The notes: generated by a model from the sequence alone, not told the origin. DNA of 64,000 nt from Lentisphaeria bacterium UBA5247 (GCA_002408885.1 DHTZ01000029.1:2041-66040), one strand, 5' to 3'; counted from the first letter of the stretch, positions 18,231 to 28,540 are shown. A program made the numbers and translations.

Positions 18231-18901
18231 CCGACTCCGCGGACTGTTTCAATGAGATTATTGTGCGGGCCGAGTTTCTTGCGCAGGCCGACGATCTGAA
18301 CGTCGATGGCGCGCTCGGTGACCGGATAATCGTCGCCTTTCACCCGATTAACGATTTGACTGCGGGAGTAAATCCGTCCGGGGCTGCGGGCAAAGAGCAG
18401 CAGGACTTCGAATTCGCTGTAGGTCATGGTCACGGGCTGGCCGTCGATCAGCACTTCGCGGCGTTCGACGTCGATGGCGATCGGGCCGCGTCGAATCATG
18501 GCGCCGCCGGGGTTGCCGGACTGTTCGCTGCGCCGCAGGGCGGACTTGATGCGCGCCGTCAGGACCTGCAGGTTAAAGGGCTTGGTCACATAGTCGTCGG
18601 CGCCTGCTTCGAGCCCGGCCACGATGTCGGTGTCGGTGCTTTTGGCGGTCAGCATGATGATGGGAATGTGAGCGGTGTCTTCCCGCGACTTCAAGTTCCG
18701 GCAGACCGTGATTCCGTCCATTTCGGGAAGCATCAGGTCCAGCAGGATAATCGCCGGGCGTTCCGTGTACGCCATGTCGAATCCGGTTTTGCCGTCTTCG
18801 GCGGACACGATCGGTCCGAATCCGGTTTTTTTCAGGTTATACTGCAATACGCTCTGAATATCCTCGTCGTCTTCGATAATCAGGATCTTTTTGTTGTTCA
18901 T
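18209..18901 (-). CDS. OmpR/PhoB-family response regulator
   Basis: Receiver domain (ILIIEDDEDI, LLDLMLPEMDG, KP) plus a winged-helix output (VRGVGYRF). AAGGA RBS 5 nt before the second ATG (18901). No histidine kinase gene is adjacent. Confidence 0.85.
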   Translation of the reverse strand: MNNKKILIIEDDEDIQSVLQYNLKKTGFGPIVSAEDGKTGFDMAYTERPAIILLDLMLPEMDGITVCRNLKSREDTAHIPIIMLTAKSTDTDIVAGLEAGADDYVTKPFNLQVLTARIKSALRRSEQSGNPGGAMIRRGPIAIDVERREVLIDGQPVTMTYSEFEVLLLFARSPGRIYSRSQIVNRVKGDDYPVTERAIDVQIVGLRKKLGPHNNLIETVRGVGYRFSER

Positions 18902-19002
18902 AAACATCCTTCGTTTTATGCGATACTATAATATGGAGGCTTCCGCCCGGATTTCAATAGGAGGATTGTTTGAATTTGGTTAGATTGTGCTGTAAATAAA
19001 AA

Positions 19003-19029
19003 GCCGCCCGGTCGGATTGACCGGACGGC
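19003..19029 (-). terminator. rho-independent terminator after uxaC
   Basis: GCCGCCCGGTC / GACCGGACGGC stem (10 of 11 bp) with a 5-nt loop. The minus-strand tail is CTTTTTATTT. Confidence 0.6.
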
Positions 19030-19053
19030 ATCGAATGACGGCTTCTGATGGGA

Positions 19054-20421
19054 TCAGAGATTGTAGAACTCCTTGGTGTTCCGGTAGCACATGCCGGCGA
19101 CGAGTTTTTCGATGACTTCATAGGGAGCCTGTCCGCGCTCGACATGTTCGCCCAGCACGCTGCAAAGCACCCGGCGGAACATTTCGAACCGGGAACCGTA
19201 GCTGAGCAGTTTGCGGGAGTCGGAAACCATCCCGGCGAAATTGGCAAAGGTATCGACGGAGCCGATGTATTCGAGCTGGCGGCGCATTCCCACCGGCGTG
19301 TCAAGCAGCCACCAGGCGGAGCCGAGACGGACTTTTTCGCCGAAGGCGCGGGCCATCGTGGCCAGCATGGACTGATGCGCCGGATCAAGGCAGTACAGGA
19401 CGACTTTCAGCCGGTTGTCGAAACGGTTCAGGAACGGAATCAGCGGGCGCATCTGGTCCTGCATGGAGTTGCAGATGTCGCCGCCGACGTCCGGACCAAG
19501 CGATTTGAACAGGGAATCGCGCACGTCGCGCACGGCGCCGAGGTGCAGTTGCGTCACCCAGCCTTTTTTGGCGTTGAATTCGCAGACTTCACCAAGGAAG
19601 CAGCTCATATAAGTGTCGATTTCCTCCGCGGAGAGGGGTTCGCTCCGCAGGGCTTTGCGGAAAACCGCGTCGGCGTCGCGCTTGGAAGCCGTACCGGACA
19701 CCATGACTTCAAGCCCGTGGTCGGTGGCCACGCAGCCGTTTTCCGCGAAGAAGTCGTGGGAAAGGGACATGGCCTGAAGCAGGTCATCAAGCGATTCGAT
19801 CTTCATATTGAACCGTTCGGCGACTTTTTCCACGTAATCGCGCCAGCCGGGATTGCCGATTTTCATGGCTTTGTCCGGGCGCCAGGTGGGACGGATCAGG
19901 GTTTTGCCGGAGACTTTGGCCACCGTGCGGTGATCCCGCAGGGAATCAATGGGATCGTCGGTGGAACACATCACTTCGACGCCGATTTTCTCGAGCAGGG
20001 CCAGCGGCTTGCTTTCGGGTTTCGCCAGGACTGCGTTGGCTTCCGTCCAGATGGCGGCGCCGGTGTCGGGACCGATCAGTTTGGTGATGCCGAGATAGCG
20101 TCTCAGGTCAAGATGAACCCATTCATAAACCGGATTGCCGGCGATTTCAGGAAATACGGACGCGAGTTTCAGCCATTTTTCTTCGTTCGAACGGTCTCCG
20201 GTGATGTATTCCTCGGGCACGCCGCGCTTGCGCAGCATTTCCCATACATAATGGTCGGTGGCGGCGAACAACTGCCAGACGTCGGCGTAATTGTCGTTGG
20301 CGGCGATCTCTTTGACATTGGCGTGGTTGTGGGCGTCGACGATCGGCAGATGACGGACGGCTCCATAGAGACGCTGCCCGGCGGCATTGTCAATCAGGTA
20401 CTTTTCTCCTAGAAAACTCAT
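19054..20421 (-). CDS. uxaC: glucuronate isomerase
   Basis: 455 aa. N-terminal pattern ...LPIVDAHNH... and overall UxaC-like length and motifs. Confidence 0.9.
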   Translation of the reverse strand: MSFLGEKYLIDNAAGQRLYGAVRHLPIVDAHNHANVKEIAANDNYADVWQLFAATDHYVWEMLRKRGVPEEYITGDRSNEEKWLKLASVFPEIAGNPVYEWVHLDLRRYLGITKLIGPDTGAAIWTEANAVLAKPESKPLALLEKIGVEVMCSTDDPIDSLRDHRTVAKVSGKTLIRPTWRPDKAMKIGNPGWRDYVEKVAERFNMKIESLDDLLQAMSLSHDFFAENGCVATDHGLEVMVSGTASKRDADAVFRKALRSEPLSAEEIDTYMSCFLGEVCEFNAKKGWVTQLHLGAVRDVRDSLFKSLGPDVGGDICNSMQDQMRPLIPFLNRFDNRLKVVLYCLDPAHQSMLATMARAFGEKVRLGSAWWLLDTPVGMRRQLEYIGSVDTFANFAGMVSDSRKLLSYGSRFEMFRRVLCSVLGEHVERGQAPYEVIEKLVAGMCYRNTKEFYNL

Positions 20422-20535
20422 TTTTCTTCCTCAATGGTATTCGTTTTGGTTAAAATAAGTCCAATATAATATAGTATTGTTTTCTGACAAGAAAAGTATT
20501 TTTCAGAAAAAAAATTCGAAAGATGCCCGCGACCC

Positions 20536-21639
20536 TTACAGTTTATGACGGGCGATCGTATACTGTTCCAGCTTGTCGGGAAGCATGTCGAATCCCATCC
20601 CGGGCCCTTCGGGCATGGTCAGGAAACAGCCGTCTTCCAGGCGATAGCGGTCACGGACGATGTCGTCCGCCATATACATGCGGGCGAAACTGCAATCCGA
20701 GGGGAGGGAACAGTTGGGCAGCGAGGCCGCGGTCAGACGGGCGGCCTCGGCCACGCCGGTGCCAACGCGGCTGCCGATCCAGTTCGGCATCCCGTGAGCC
20801 TGGCAAAGATCATGAATCCGGCGGGTATGGCAGAGCCCGCCGACCCGGCAGACTTTGATGTTCACGATATCCGCGGCCTGCAGGGCTATGGCGCAAAGGG
20901 TGTCGTGGTAGGTATGCAGGCTTTCATCCAGGCAGACCGGCGTCTTGAGGTGTTTGCGGAGCTGGGCGTGATAATAAATATCGTGTTCATTCAGCGGCTG
21001 TTCGATCATCAGGAGGTTGAACCGGTCCCATTTGGCAAGATGGGCGAAGTCGTCAATGGAATAAGCGTTGTTCGCATCGGCCATCAGGGTGATGGCCGGG
21101 AATTCCTCGCGGATCGCCTGAAGATAGGCGAAGTCATGGCCGGGACACACCTTGATTTTGATCCGGCGCATGCCGAGCTTGAGTTGTTCGCGGACGGCTT
21201 CAATGGCTTTTGCCGGGGAGCTTTTGATGCCGATGCTCGGACCGGCTTCCACTCGTTCGCGGGTGCCGCCGAGCAGTTTGTAACAGGGTTTGTTCTGGAG
21301 TTTACCCAACAGGTCCCAATAGGCGGCTTCCAGCCCGGCTTTGGCGAACTGGTTACCCCGGAATTGTTCAAATGCCTGGTTCAACTCCTCCGCCGAATGC
21401 CAATCGCTGCTCTGAACCAGCGGCCCGAGTACGCGGGAAGCGATGTCGATGACCGAGCCGACCGTTTCATGCGCATAAAACGGCACCGCGTCCACCGCCG
21501 CTTCGCCCCAGCCGGAAATCCCGTTGCTGCGGCATTCGAAGATAACACCTTCTTTTTCAATAATTTCGCCCACACTGATCCGGAAGGGCGTTTTCAACGG
21601 AATCTTGAATACATACGCATAAACGGCATCGATTTTCAT
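20536..21639 (-). CDS. enolase-superfamily enzyme, o-succinylbenzoate synthase / N-acylamino-acid racemase subgroup
   Basis: 367 aa. KxK (RIKIKV), metal ligands MADAN / IEQP / LDES, and second Lys in NIKVCRVGG. Confidence 0.75.
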   Translation of the reverse strand: MKIDAVYAYVFKIPLKTPFRISVGEIIEKEGVIFECRSNGISGWGEAAVDAVPFYAHETVGSVIDIASRVLGPLVQSSDWHSAEELNQAFEQFRGNQFAKAGLEAAYWDLLGKLQNKPCYKLLGGTRERVEAGPSIGIKSSPAKAIEAVREQLKLGMRRIKIKVCPGHDFAYLQAIREEFPAITLMADANNAYSIDDFAHLAKWDRFNLLMIEQPLNEHDIYYHAQLRKHLKTPVCLDESLHTYHDTLCAIALQAADIVNIKVCRVGGLCHTRRIHDLCQAHGMPNWIGSRVGTGVAEAARLTAASLPNCSLPSDCSFARMYMADDIVRDRYRLEDGCFLTMPEGPGMGFDMLPDKLEQYTIARHKL

Positions 21640-21772
21640 GATAAAACATCTCCTGTTTCACCGTCAATTTACCATGAGAATGGATGGAATACAAATCCGT
21701 TTTTATCTGTCCCCTGTTGTTTTTCGGTGAATTCGGATTATATTACGGTTTTTGAACAAAACATAGGCCCAT

Positions 21773-23581
21773 ATGACACCCGGACAACTGATTCCTATCA
21801 TGAAACAGGAGGGGACGGCGATTTGCCGTCTGCCCGGCGGCGATCCGCCCCGCTGGGGGCTGTTCCGTGCCCCCGGCGAAGTCATCACGGCTCGGCGCCC
21901 GGCGGAAGTCCCGACAGCTGTCGAACGGCTGGAACAGGCATTGGCCGCCGGTTATGCCGTCGCCGGTTTTCTGGCTTACGAGGCGGCCCCGGCGTTTGAC
22001 CGGCATTTCCGGGTGATTGCACCGCCAGATGCCGAACCGTCCGTCTGCTTTGCGATATACCGGCAAGCTCCGGCAATCATCGAACTTCCTCTTGTGAATG
22101 ACTTTAAGCCGGATATCAATTTCACGCCGGAACTTACCCGCGCGGCCTATACCCAAGCATTGACTGCCATCCGCGACCGGCTTATTGCGGGGGATATCTA
22201 TCAGGCGAATTTCACGTTCCGCTGCCATTGCGCGGCAAGTCCGGAAGAACCGGAACGTCTGTTCCTGAGCTTATGTTCGCGGCATCCGGTGCCTTATGCC
22301 GCTTTTTTGAATTTCGGAGACCGAAAGATTCTGTCTCTTTCGCCGGAGTTGTTTCTGGAACGCAACCGTGAATACATCGTCAGTTCCCCCATGAAAGGAA
22401 CCGTAAAACGGGAGCCGGACGCCGACCGCGATGCGCAAGCCGCCTGTTTTCTCGCCAACGATGAGAAGAACCGCGCCGAAAACCTGATGATCACCGATAT
22501 GGTGCGCAACGACCTCGGCCGTATCTGCCGTCCGGGTTCCGTCCGGGTCGATCCGCTTTTTCAGGTCAAGACCTACCGTACGGTGCATCAGATGATTTCG
22601 ACGGTCCACGGAGAATTGGCGGATGGCGTTTCATTGAAAGACATTCTGGGCGCGACCTTTCCCGCCGCATCCATTACCGGGGCCCCGAAAATTCGCGCGA
22701 TGGAGGTCATTGCCGAAAACGAACACAGTCCACGCGGCGTTTACTGCGGCGCGGTCGGCTGTTTTTTGTCCGCTTCTTCGTTCTGCCTGAATGTCCCCAT
22801 CCGAACGCTGACCTGGACTCCGGCGGAAACCCGGCTGGGGATCGGCGGCGGCATCGTCCTGGATTCCGAACCGGAAAGCGAATGGCGGGAAGCGCTGTTG
22901 AAAAGCCGGTTCGTGCATTTCACCATGCCGGAATTTCAGGTGTTTGAAACGATTGGTTGGGAAGCGGGGCGCGGCTATCTTTTCCCGGAAGAACATCTGG
23001 CGCGGATGCGGAAAAGCCAGTACTATTTCGGCCGTCCGTGGCGCGAAAAAGAAATACGTGACGCGCTGGCCGTCGCCGAAAAGGAATTGCACGCCCAACC
23101 GCAGTTGCCCGGCCACCGCGGCGTCCGGCTGACGCTGACGCACGACGGAGCCGGCCACGGTGAAATCACTCCTCCGCGCCCCCCCTGGCGACCGGAAGGC
23201 GTCCGGCTGAAACTGGCGGCCATTCAGGTTGATTCCGGTGATTTGTTTTTGTATCACAAAACGACCTTCCGGGAAATTTTTGACCGGGAATACCGCAAGG
23301 CGCTTCAGGAAGGCTTCGACGAAGTGCTCTTCTGCAATGAAAAGGGATTTTTGACCGAAGGTGCGATCAGTTCCCTGTTCATCCGGCGGGACGGACAATG
23401 GCTGACGCCGCGCCTGTCGAACGGCCTCCTGCCGGGCGTCTGGCGGCAGGCCCAGCTCCGGTTGCTGGAGGCATCGGAGGCGGACCTTCGCCCGGAAGAC
23501 CTCGAAGCCGCACAGGAAATCCGGATCGGCAATTCCGTCCGCGGCGGCGGACAGGTTGGGCCATATCCGACTGAAATCTGA
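21773..23581 (+). CDS. pabB: bifunctional aminodeoxychorismate synthase component I / aminodeoxychorismate lyase (PabB-PabC fusion)
   Basis: The N-terminal ~390 aa form a chorismate-binding domain (GDIYQANFT, FPAASITGAPK). The C-terminal ~200 aa form a class-IV aminotransferase fold (EVLFCNEKGFLTEGAISSLF). Confidence 0.8.
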   Translation: MTPGQLIPIMKQEGTAICRLPGGDPPRWGLFRAPGEVITARRPAEVPTAVERLEQALAAGYAVAGFLAYEAAPAFDRHFRVIAPPDAEPSVCFAIYRQAPAIIELPLVNDFKPDINFTPELTRAAYTQALTAIRDRLIAGDIYQANFTFRCHCAASPEEPERLFLSLCSRHPVPYAAFLNFGDRKILSLSPELFLERNREYIVSSPMKGTVKREPDADRDAQAACFLANDEKNRAENLMITDMVRNDLGRICRPGSVRVDPLFQVKTYRTVHQMISTVHGELADGVSLKDILGATFPAASITGAPKIRAMEVIAENEHSPRGVYCGAVGCFLSASSFCLNVPIRTLTWTPAETRLGIGGGIVLDSEPESEWREALLKSRFVHFTMPEFQVFETIGWEAGRGYLFPEEHLARMRKSQYYFGRPWREKEIRDALAVAEKELHAQPQLPGHRGVRLTLTHDGAGHGEITPPRPPWRPEGVRLKLAAIQVDSGDLFLYHKTTFREIFDREYRKALQEGFDEVLFCNEKGFLTEGAISSLFIRRDGQWLTPRLSNGLLPGVWRQAQLRLLEASEADLRPEDLEAAQEIRIGNSVRGGGQVGPYPTEI

Positions 23582-23672
23582 TTCCAGAAATTTTTTTTGA
23601 TACTTGAATTTCAATATTCCCGCGTTACACTATCCGAAATAGCAGAAATAATAGTCATAAAGGATTGAGGCG

Positions 23673-26600
23673 ATGAAAATTGAGTTCAGAATTGACTGGG
23701 GCTACCAGTTTTTGTATTCGCGGAGGCACTATCACCCGTTTTACCGCTGGGACGGACAATTGAAATGCGACGGCGGCGAAATTCAGGAAATCTACCAGCT
23801 TGATTACCCGGTGATCTGGTTCGGCCCGGGGCACTGTCCACATGAACGGAAACTCGAACGCCCCGAATGGCAAAGCACGACCCGGCGCGGGTTGTCCGGT
23901 ATCCGGGTGGTGGCGGAGGCGGATGAGAATGCTGTTTTTACGCTGACGACCATGTCCGGCACCTTTGAATTCACCGCGAAGCAGATTCTCAAGGACGGAC
24001 GGATCGTGTTTCATGTCGGGTCGAAATATTCGCATTGCCATGTGATCGTGACCCGATCGCGTTACTTGTGGTTCCGTCCGGCCCCGAAACCCGGACAGCA
24101 GGCGTGGGAGGCGGATGATCTTTCCGGCGTTCCGGTCCGGGACTGGGCCCGGATGCGTACCGCGTGGCTGGCCCCCGGTGAAAGCGTCGAGTTCAACGCC
24201 GATTTCGAGCGGAACGGCGAAGCGGTCTTTCATCTGGTCGGGATGGCGGCCCCCGCCTACACGCCCGGCAATGAACAGCCGATTCACGGTAATTTCAAGA
24301 TGGAGCTTCATTGCGACGGCGAACCGGTTTCGGAGTTCGCCCATTATTTCCGCGAACACGATGTTTACATGCAGATGCTGGAGGACGCCTGGACCCGCTT
24401 CCGGGTTCAAAAAGGGGCGCATCGGCTGACGCTGACGAACAAGCATGAAAAATACCATCTTCTGCTCAGCCGGTTGACGCTGGAAATGAGCGCCGTGCAC
24501 CATCTGCAGCTTTCATTGCCGCCGTGGGCGCTGGCCGGTGAAAAACTGATTGGGCGCATTTACGCCGAAAGCCCCGATACCGTCGAAGTCAAATGGCCCG
24601 GCGGCGGCGAAACCTGCGAATTGGCGCCGGGTTGGAACGATTTCCGTTTCACGCTGTACAATTCGGGAACCAACGTCCCCATAACCGCCGGCAACTCCCG
24701 GGACGTGATCCCGGCGGTATACGCGCTGGCGGACGAAACACCCGAAGTCACGGTGGGTTACGACATGACCACCATCCCGCACGACGATAACGGTTTCATG
24801 GATTGGCTGCTGGATTACACCTGGCGGACCCGCCTCGGCAATCTGGTGGTGTTCCGTTCGTTCCTGAAGGACGGGGAGAATAACCGCATCGGCGCCGATC
24901 CCGCCCTCCTGGCACGTTGGGGCAAATTCTGCCGGGAACACCATATTTACGTGGAAGCGGCCACCGATTACGAAGACGGCGCGCTGGTGAAAGCCGCCGC
25001 CGACCGGATGCACAGCGCCGGACGGCATGAATATCCCGGCGCGGTCTATGCCCGCGATCCCGCCGCTCCGTGGGCTTCGCCGGACATGAAAACCGCCGCC
25101 GAAAACTATCTGAACTACCTGAAAATCGAAATCGACAAAGCGCATCAGGCGTGTCGCCGCGCCGCCTTTGGCGACGCATCCGGTGGACACCGTTACTGTT
25201 ATCTGGCCGGGGCCGATTTCCTCCGTACCGAAACGATGGTGCCGCATACGCAGCATTTGTGTTCGCAGGCACGCCCCGCGGCGGAAGCGCTCGGCGACGG
25301 CGAATGGGGCGTACACATCGCCATCCACCATGCGGTGCAGCCATATTTTGAAAACCACCTCGGAATCTATTTTCTGTCCATCTTCCAGCCCTGGATGATG
25401 GGCGCGTCGATGATCTACGAGGAGGACAGCTTGTTCATCATGTTCAAGGAAGAACGCATGGCGTGGGACGACCTCCTGACCAAAGGCAAACGCGACATGA
25501 CCCGTGAATTTTACCGCTTCGTCAAAACCCACCCGCGCCGGGGCAGGGCGGAGCGCCGGATCGCATTTTTGGAAGGACGCTACGCCGCGCCGTTCAACGG
25601 GTTTATCTGCGACAGCGAACAGGACCCGCATTATTCGGTGTGGGGGCTTTTCGGCAACGACGATCCGGCATGGGGTCACGGACAGCCCGAGAAATGCCGC
25701 CAGCTCCTGGATGTGCTGATGCCCGGCGCCTGTACGCATCCGCTGCGCCAGCGCTATGACCGCCGCCGCTTCTTCTTTTCCGGCACGCCGTACGGCGATT
25801 TCGACGAAGTGCCGGTGGAGGCGGAAAGCGGTTATTTCCACCGCTACGCCCTGTTACTGAACCTTGGCTGGAACACCATGATCGCAGAAGACCACGCCAA
25901 ACTCAAGGAGTATGTGAAAAACGGCGGTACGCTGTTCACCGGCATCCCGCAGTTCAGTACTCATGTGAAGCGCGACTTCCTGCGCGATTGGCAGGACCTC
26001 TCGCTGTGGAACGGCGGCGATTTAAGCGAATTGTGCGGCGTGAAAGTGCTCGGACCGGGCGCGGAATACAGTGGACAATGGAATGCCGCCGACCGGAAAC
26101 GCTTCCCGGAAGTCGAGTTGTCCGCCTGTCCCAGCGACTCCATCGCCGAGGACGGCCCGTGCCGCCTGGCGGAGATCGAACTGAACGGCGCCGAAGTGGT
26201 CGCCTGGGATGCTTCGACGGCTCAGCCGCTGGTGGTCCGCTTCAAACTCGGCAAGGGAGTGGTGTATCTCCTGACCGCCTGGGCGTATCCCGGCCACGAG
26301 CAGCTCCAGCAGACGGCGGCTTCCTGGATCGCTCGCCTGGCGTCCGACAGCCGCGGCGACTGCCATGTCAAAGACCCTTCGCGCGAAGTTTTCTGGAACG
26401 TCTGGCCGGAAACGGAACACTACAGCCGGATGATGCTGTTGAATACCGACTGGACCGCGCGCGCCAATGCCAAATGCGTTCGCGTCGTGACCCCGGCGGT
26501 TGAGTTTGACACCGAAGTGAAGGAGCGTACGCCGCTGATCCTGACGGTACTGCCGTTTGCGGTCATCAAGCCGTCCGCCGAAATACACGTGGAGATCGCC

Positions 26601-26750
26601 GACGCCAACGCCGCGTCCGCGGAACTGAAACTGCACGGGACGGGGCAGCAGACCATGCAGGTATATTACTGCGATGGACGGACCGAAAAGCGCGAACTGG
26701 ATTTCAGCCGCGACACGGTCCTGAAAATGACTTTGACCAAGGAACAGTAA
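23673..26750 (+). CDS. uncharacterised 1025-aa cytoplasmic protein, GH-like architecture
   Basis: Long ORF with coding-like codon usage and an AAGGA-type RBS. No signal peptide. The C-terminal part has a GH42M-like segment (EYVKNGGTLFTGIPQFS). Function unknown. Confidence 0.5.
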   Translation: MKIEFRIDWGYQFLYSRRHYHPFYRWDGQLKCDGGEIQEIYQLDYPVIWFGPGHCPHERKLERPEWQSTTRRGLSGIRVVAEADENAVFTLTTMSGTFEFTAKQILKDGRIVFHVGSKYSHCHVIVTRSRYLWFRPAPKPGQQAWEADDLSGVPVRDWARMRTAWLAPGESVEFNADFERNGEAVFHLVGMAAPAYTPGNEQPIHGNFKMELHCDGEPVSEFAHYFREHDVYMQMLEDAWTRFRVQKGAHRLTLTNKHEKYHLLLSRLTLEMSAVHHLQLSLPPWALAGEKLIGRIYAESPDTVEVKWPGGGETCELAPGWNDFRFTLYNSGTNVPITAGNSRDVIPAVYALADETPEVTVGYDMTTIPHDDNGFMDWLLDYTWRTRLGNLVVFRSFLKDGENNRIGADPALLARWGKFCREHHIYVEAATDYEDGALVKAAADRMHSAGRHEYPGAVYARDPAAPWASPDMKTAAENYLNYLKIEIDKAHQACRRAAFGDASGGHRYCYLAGADFLRTETMVPHTQHLCSQARPAAEALGDGEWGVHIAIHHAVQPYFENHLGIYFLSIFQPWMMGASMIYEEDSLFIMFKEERMAWDDLLTKGKRDMTREFYRFVKTHPRRGRAERRIAFLEGRYAAPFNGFICDSEQDPHYSVWGLFGNDDPAWGHGQPEKCRQLLDVLMPGACTHPLRQRYDRRRFFFSGTPYGDFDEVPVEAESGYFHRYALLLNLGWNTMIAEDHAKLKEYVKNGGTLFTGIPQFSTHVKRDFLRDWQDLSLWNGGDLSELCGVKVLGPGAEYSGQWNAADRKRFPEVELSACPSDSIAEDGPCRLAEIELNGAEVVAWDASTAQPLVVRFKLGKGVVYLLTAWAYPGHEQLQQTAASWIARLASDSRGDCHVKDPSREVFWNVWPETEHYSRMMLLNTDWTARANAKCVRVVTPAVEFDTEVKERTPLILTVLPFAVIKPSAEIHVEIADANAASAELKLHGTGQQTMQVYYCDGRTEKRELDFSRDTVLKMTLTKEQ

Positions 26751-26751
26751 T

Positions 26752-27624
26752 CTACAGGTGGTGCCGTTTCCGGTATTGAAGCGGCGAGATGCCGCATCTC
26801 TGCCGGAAAAAACGGGACATGGCATAGACGCTGCTGAATCTGCATTGATCGGCAATCTGCGTGATATTGAGCGTGGAGTGCAGCAGCAGGTGTTGAATCA
26901 GGTGAACCCGGTTCGTGCGGATGATTTCCGCCGGAGTGACATTGACCGACTGCCGGAAAACCGCCCGCAGGTAACTCGGCGACACGCCGAGGCGCCGGGC
27001 CATCTGTTCAAACGTCATGCCGTAAGACTGCTGCGTCATCAGAAGCCGGCAGATCTGGCGGACGTAATCCTGTCCGCCGCCCGACGCCAGGTGAAAAATC
27101 CCGGCCTCCACCGGTTCGCTGCGGCGCAATGAATCCAAAAGCAGGCTGATGTGGCAGGCGCACGCGATGCCTGAATTCACCGTATCCTGTTCAATGGCTT
27201 TGAAATAACTGGCGCAGACATTTTGCAGGTGGTCTTCGCTTTCCCCGGAGAGGTTCATCATCCGGTTGCGGAAAACGTCGAACCAGTGCGGCACGACTGC
27301 GTGAAAACGGATCAGGAGCCATTCCGCCTCCTGTCCGTAATACGAGATCCGCATATGCGCCTGGCTTGGAAACACCAGCATGGCATTGTTTTCCCGGAAC
27401 AGGTAAGTGATGCCGTCCACCATCAGGCAACCTTGGCCGGAGAGGCAGAGCCAGAGCACGAATTCCTGGTGAATGCTCGATTGGTGGGGCGGGCTCCGCT
27501 CCGGTTCATAACGGCGGAATATGTGAAAACGCTCCAGCATGACGGGTTCCACCGGCAGGCTCTGGTCCATGGACTGTTTGACTTCATCGGAGAAGTCGTG
27601 ATTTGGCGGCAGTTTCAATTTCAT
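26752..27624 (-). CDS. AraC-family transcriptional regulator
   Basis: 290 aa. Cupin-like N-terminal domain plus a C-terminal double HTH (TFEQMARRLGVSPSYLRAVF...IADQCRFSSVYAMSRFFRQ). Confidence 0.85.
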   Translation of the reverse strand: MKLKLPPNHDFSDEVKQSMDQSLPVEPVMLERFHIFRRYEPERSPPHQSSIHQEFVLWLCLSGQGCLMVDGITYLFRENNAMLVFPSQAHMRISYYGQEAEWLLIRFHAVVPHWFDVFRNRMMNLSGESEDHLQNVCASYFKAIEQDTVNSGIACACHISLLLDSLRRSEPVEAGIFHLASGGGQDYVRQICRLLMTQQSYGMTFEQMARRLGVSPSYLRAVFRQSVNVTPAEIIRTNRVHLIQHLLLHSTLNITQIADQCRFSSVYAMSRFFRQRCGISPLQYRKRHHL

Positions 27625-27699
27625 AACGGAACTTTAACCGCTGAATACGGTCCTTTCAAGCCAAAAAAGTCGGTTTTGTTAAAAATATAAAGATTTTTG

Positions 27700-27731
27700 C
27701 CATTTTCTTTTCCGGGCTGTTGCAGTATAAT
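27700..27731 (+). promoter_or_regulatory. candidate promoter of the pseudopilin operon
   Basis: Perfect TATAAT at 27726-27731, 38 nt upstream of the ATG at 27770. The -35 is weak (TTTTCT). A GGAGG RBS follows. Confidence 0.3.
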
Positions 27732-27769
27732 AGTAACAGTCATAAAGAAACAAGTGGAGGAATTTTTTT

Positions 27770-28516
27770 ATGTTTATAAAACGATACAGGCGTCGGGCAT
27801 GGAGAATTTTCACCTTGATTGAACTCCTTGTCGTGATCGCGATCATCGCGATTCTCGCCGCCATGCTGCTGCCGGCACTAAGCAAGGCACGGGACAAAGC
27901 ACGAGCCATCACCTGCGTCGGCAACCTCAAGCAGAACGGCCAACTGCTGATGCTCTACCAGCAGGATCACGGCATGTATTTTGCCAACCACAACGCAACC
28001 ACCGACAATATTACCAACGGCGCGCTGCCGGACCGTGGCTGGATCTGGACCCGATTTCTGATCGAAGGCGGCTACGCGAAGCCTTATCTGCCGATTTTCC
28101 GCTGTCCGGTCAGTTCCGCCGAAACGAATGTTTCCGAAACCATGTTTTACAGTTACGGGGCCTTTTACTCGAATCTTCACGGTACGCCGTCTCAATTTGC
28201 CTTTAACCTGAAACACGAGGGCATTCAAAAGGCGGGATATTCCAAAACCGTGCTGATGGCCGACAGCGGCACGGTTCCTGCTGGCTCCTCTTATTCAAAA
28301 CTATTGACTTCCAACGCATCCGGTACCGCTTATTCCCGAATTTATGGAGTTCACGCGGGCAGGGCCAACCTGCTGTTGCTGGACGGTCATGTGAGCGGGG
28401 CGGCGCAGGCGGAAATCAAGCAGGACTATTACGCGCTCCATTTCAATAACGGAGTTCAGGTATTCAATTATTTCTGCGTCGGGCCTTTCGGCTCAACCAT
28501 GATGTCGAATCTATAA
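27770..28516 (+). CDS. prepilin-type N-terminal cleavage/methylation protein, DUF1559 (H-X9-DG) family
   Basis: [24 protein letters not shown] pseudopilin leader. C-terminal [12 protein letters not shown] fits the H-X9-DG pattern exactly. Confidence 0.85.
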   Translation: MFIKRYRRRAWRIFTLIELLVVIAIIAILAAMLLPALSKARDKARAITCVGNLKQNGQLLMLYQQDHGMYFANHNATTDNITNGALPDRGWIWTRFLIEGGYAKPYLPIFRCPVSSAETNVSETMFYSYGAFYSNLHGTPSQFAFNLKHEGIQKAGYSKTVLMADSGTVPAGSSYSKLLTSNASGTAYSRIYGVHAGRANLLLLDGHVSGAAQAEIKQDYYALHFNNGVQVFNYFCVGPFGSTMMSNL

Positions 28517-28540
28517 TCCAAACAAAGGGAAAAGAGACCA

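Noticed and set aside
20478-20510. AT-rich hairpin TTTTCTGA...TCAGAAAA between the enolase-family gene and uxaC, as a terminator.
   Set aside because: The stem is only 8 bp of almost pure A/T with a 14-nt loop, which is thermodynamically weak. The region may simply be the uxaC promoter.
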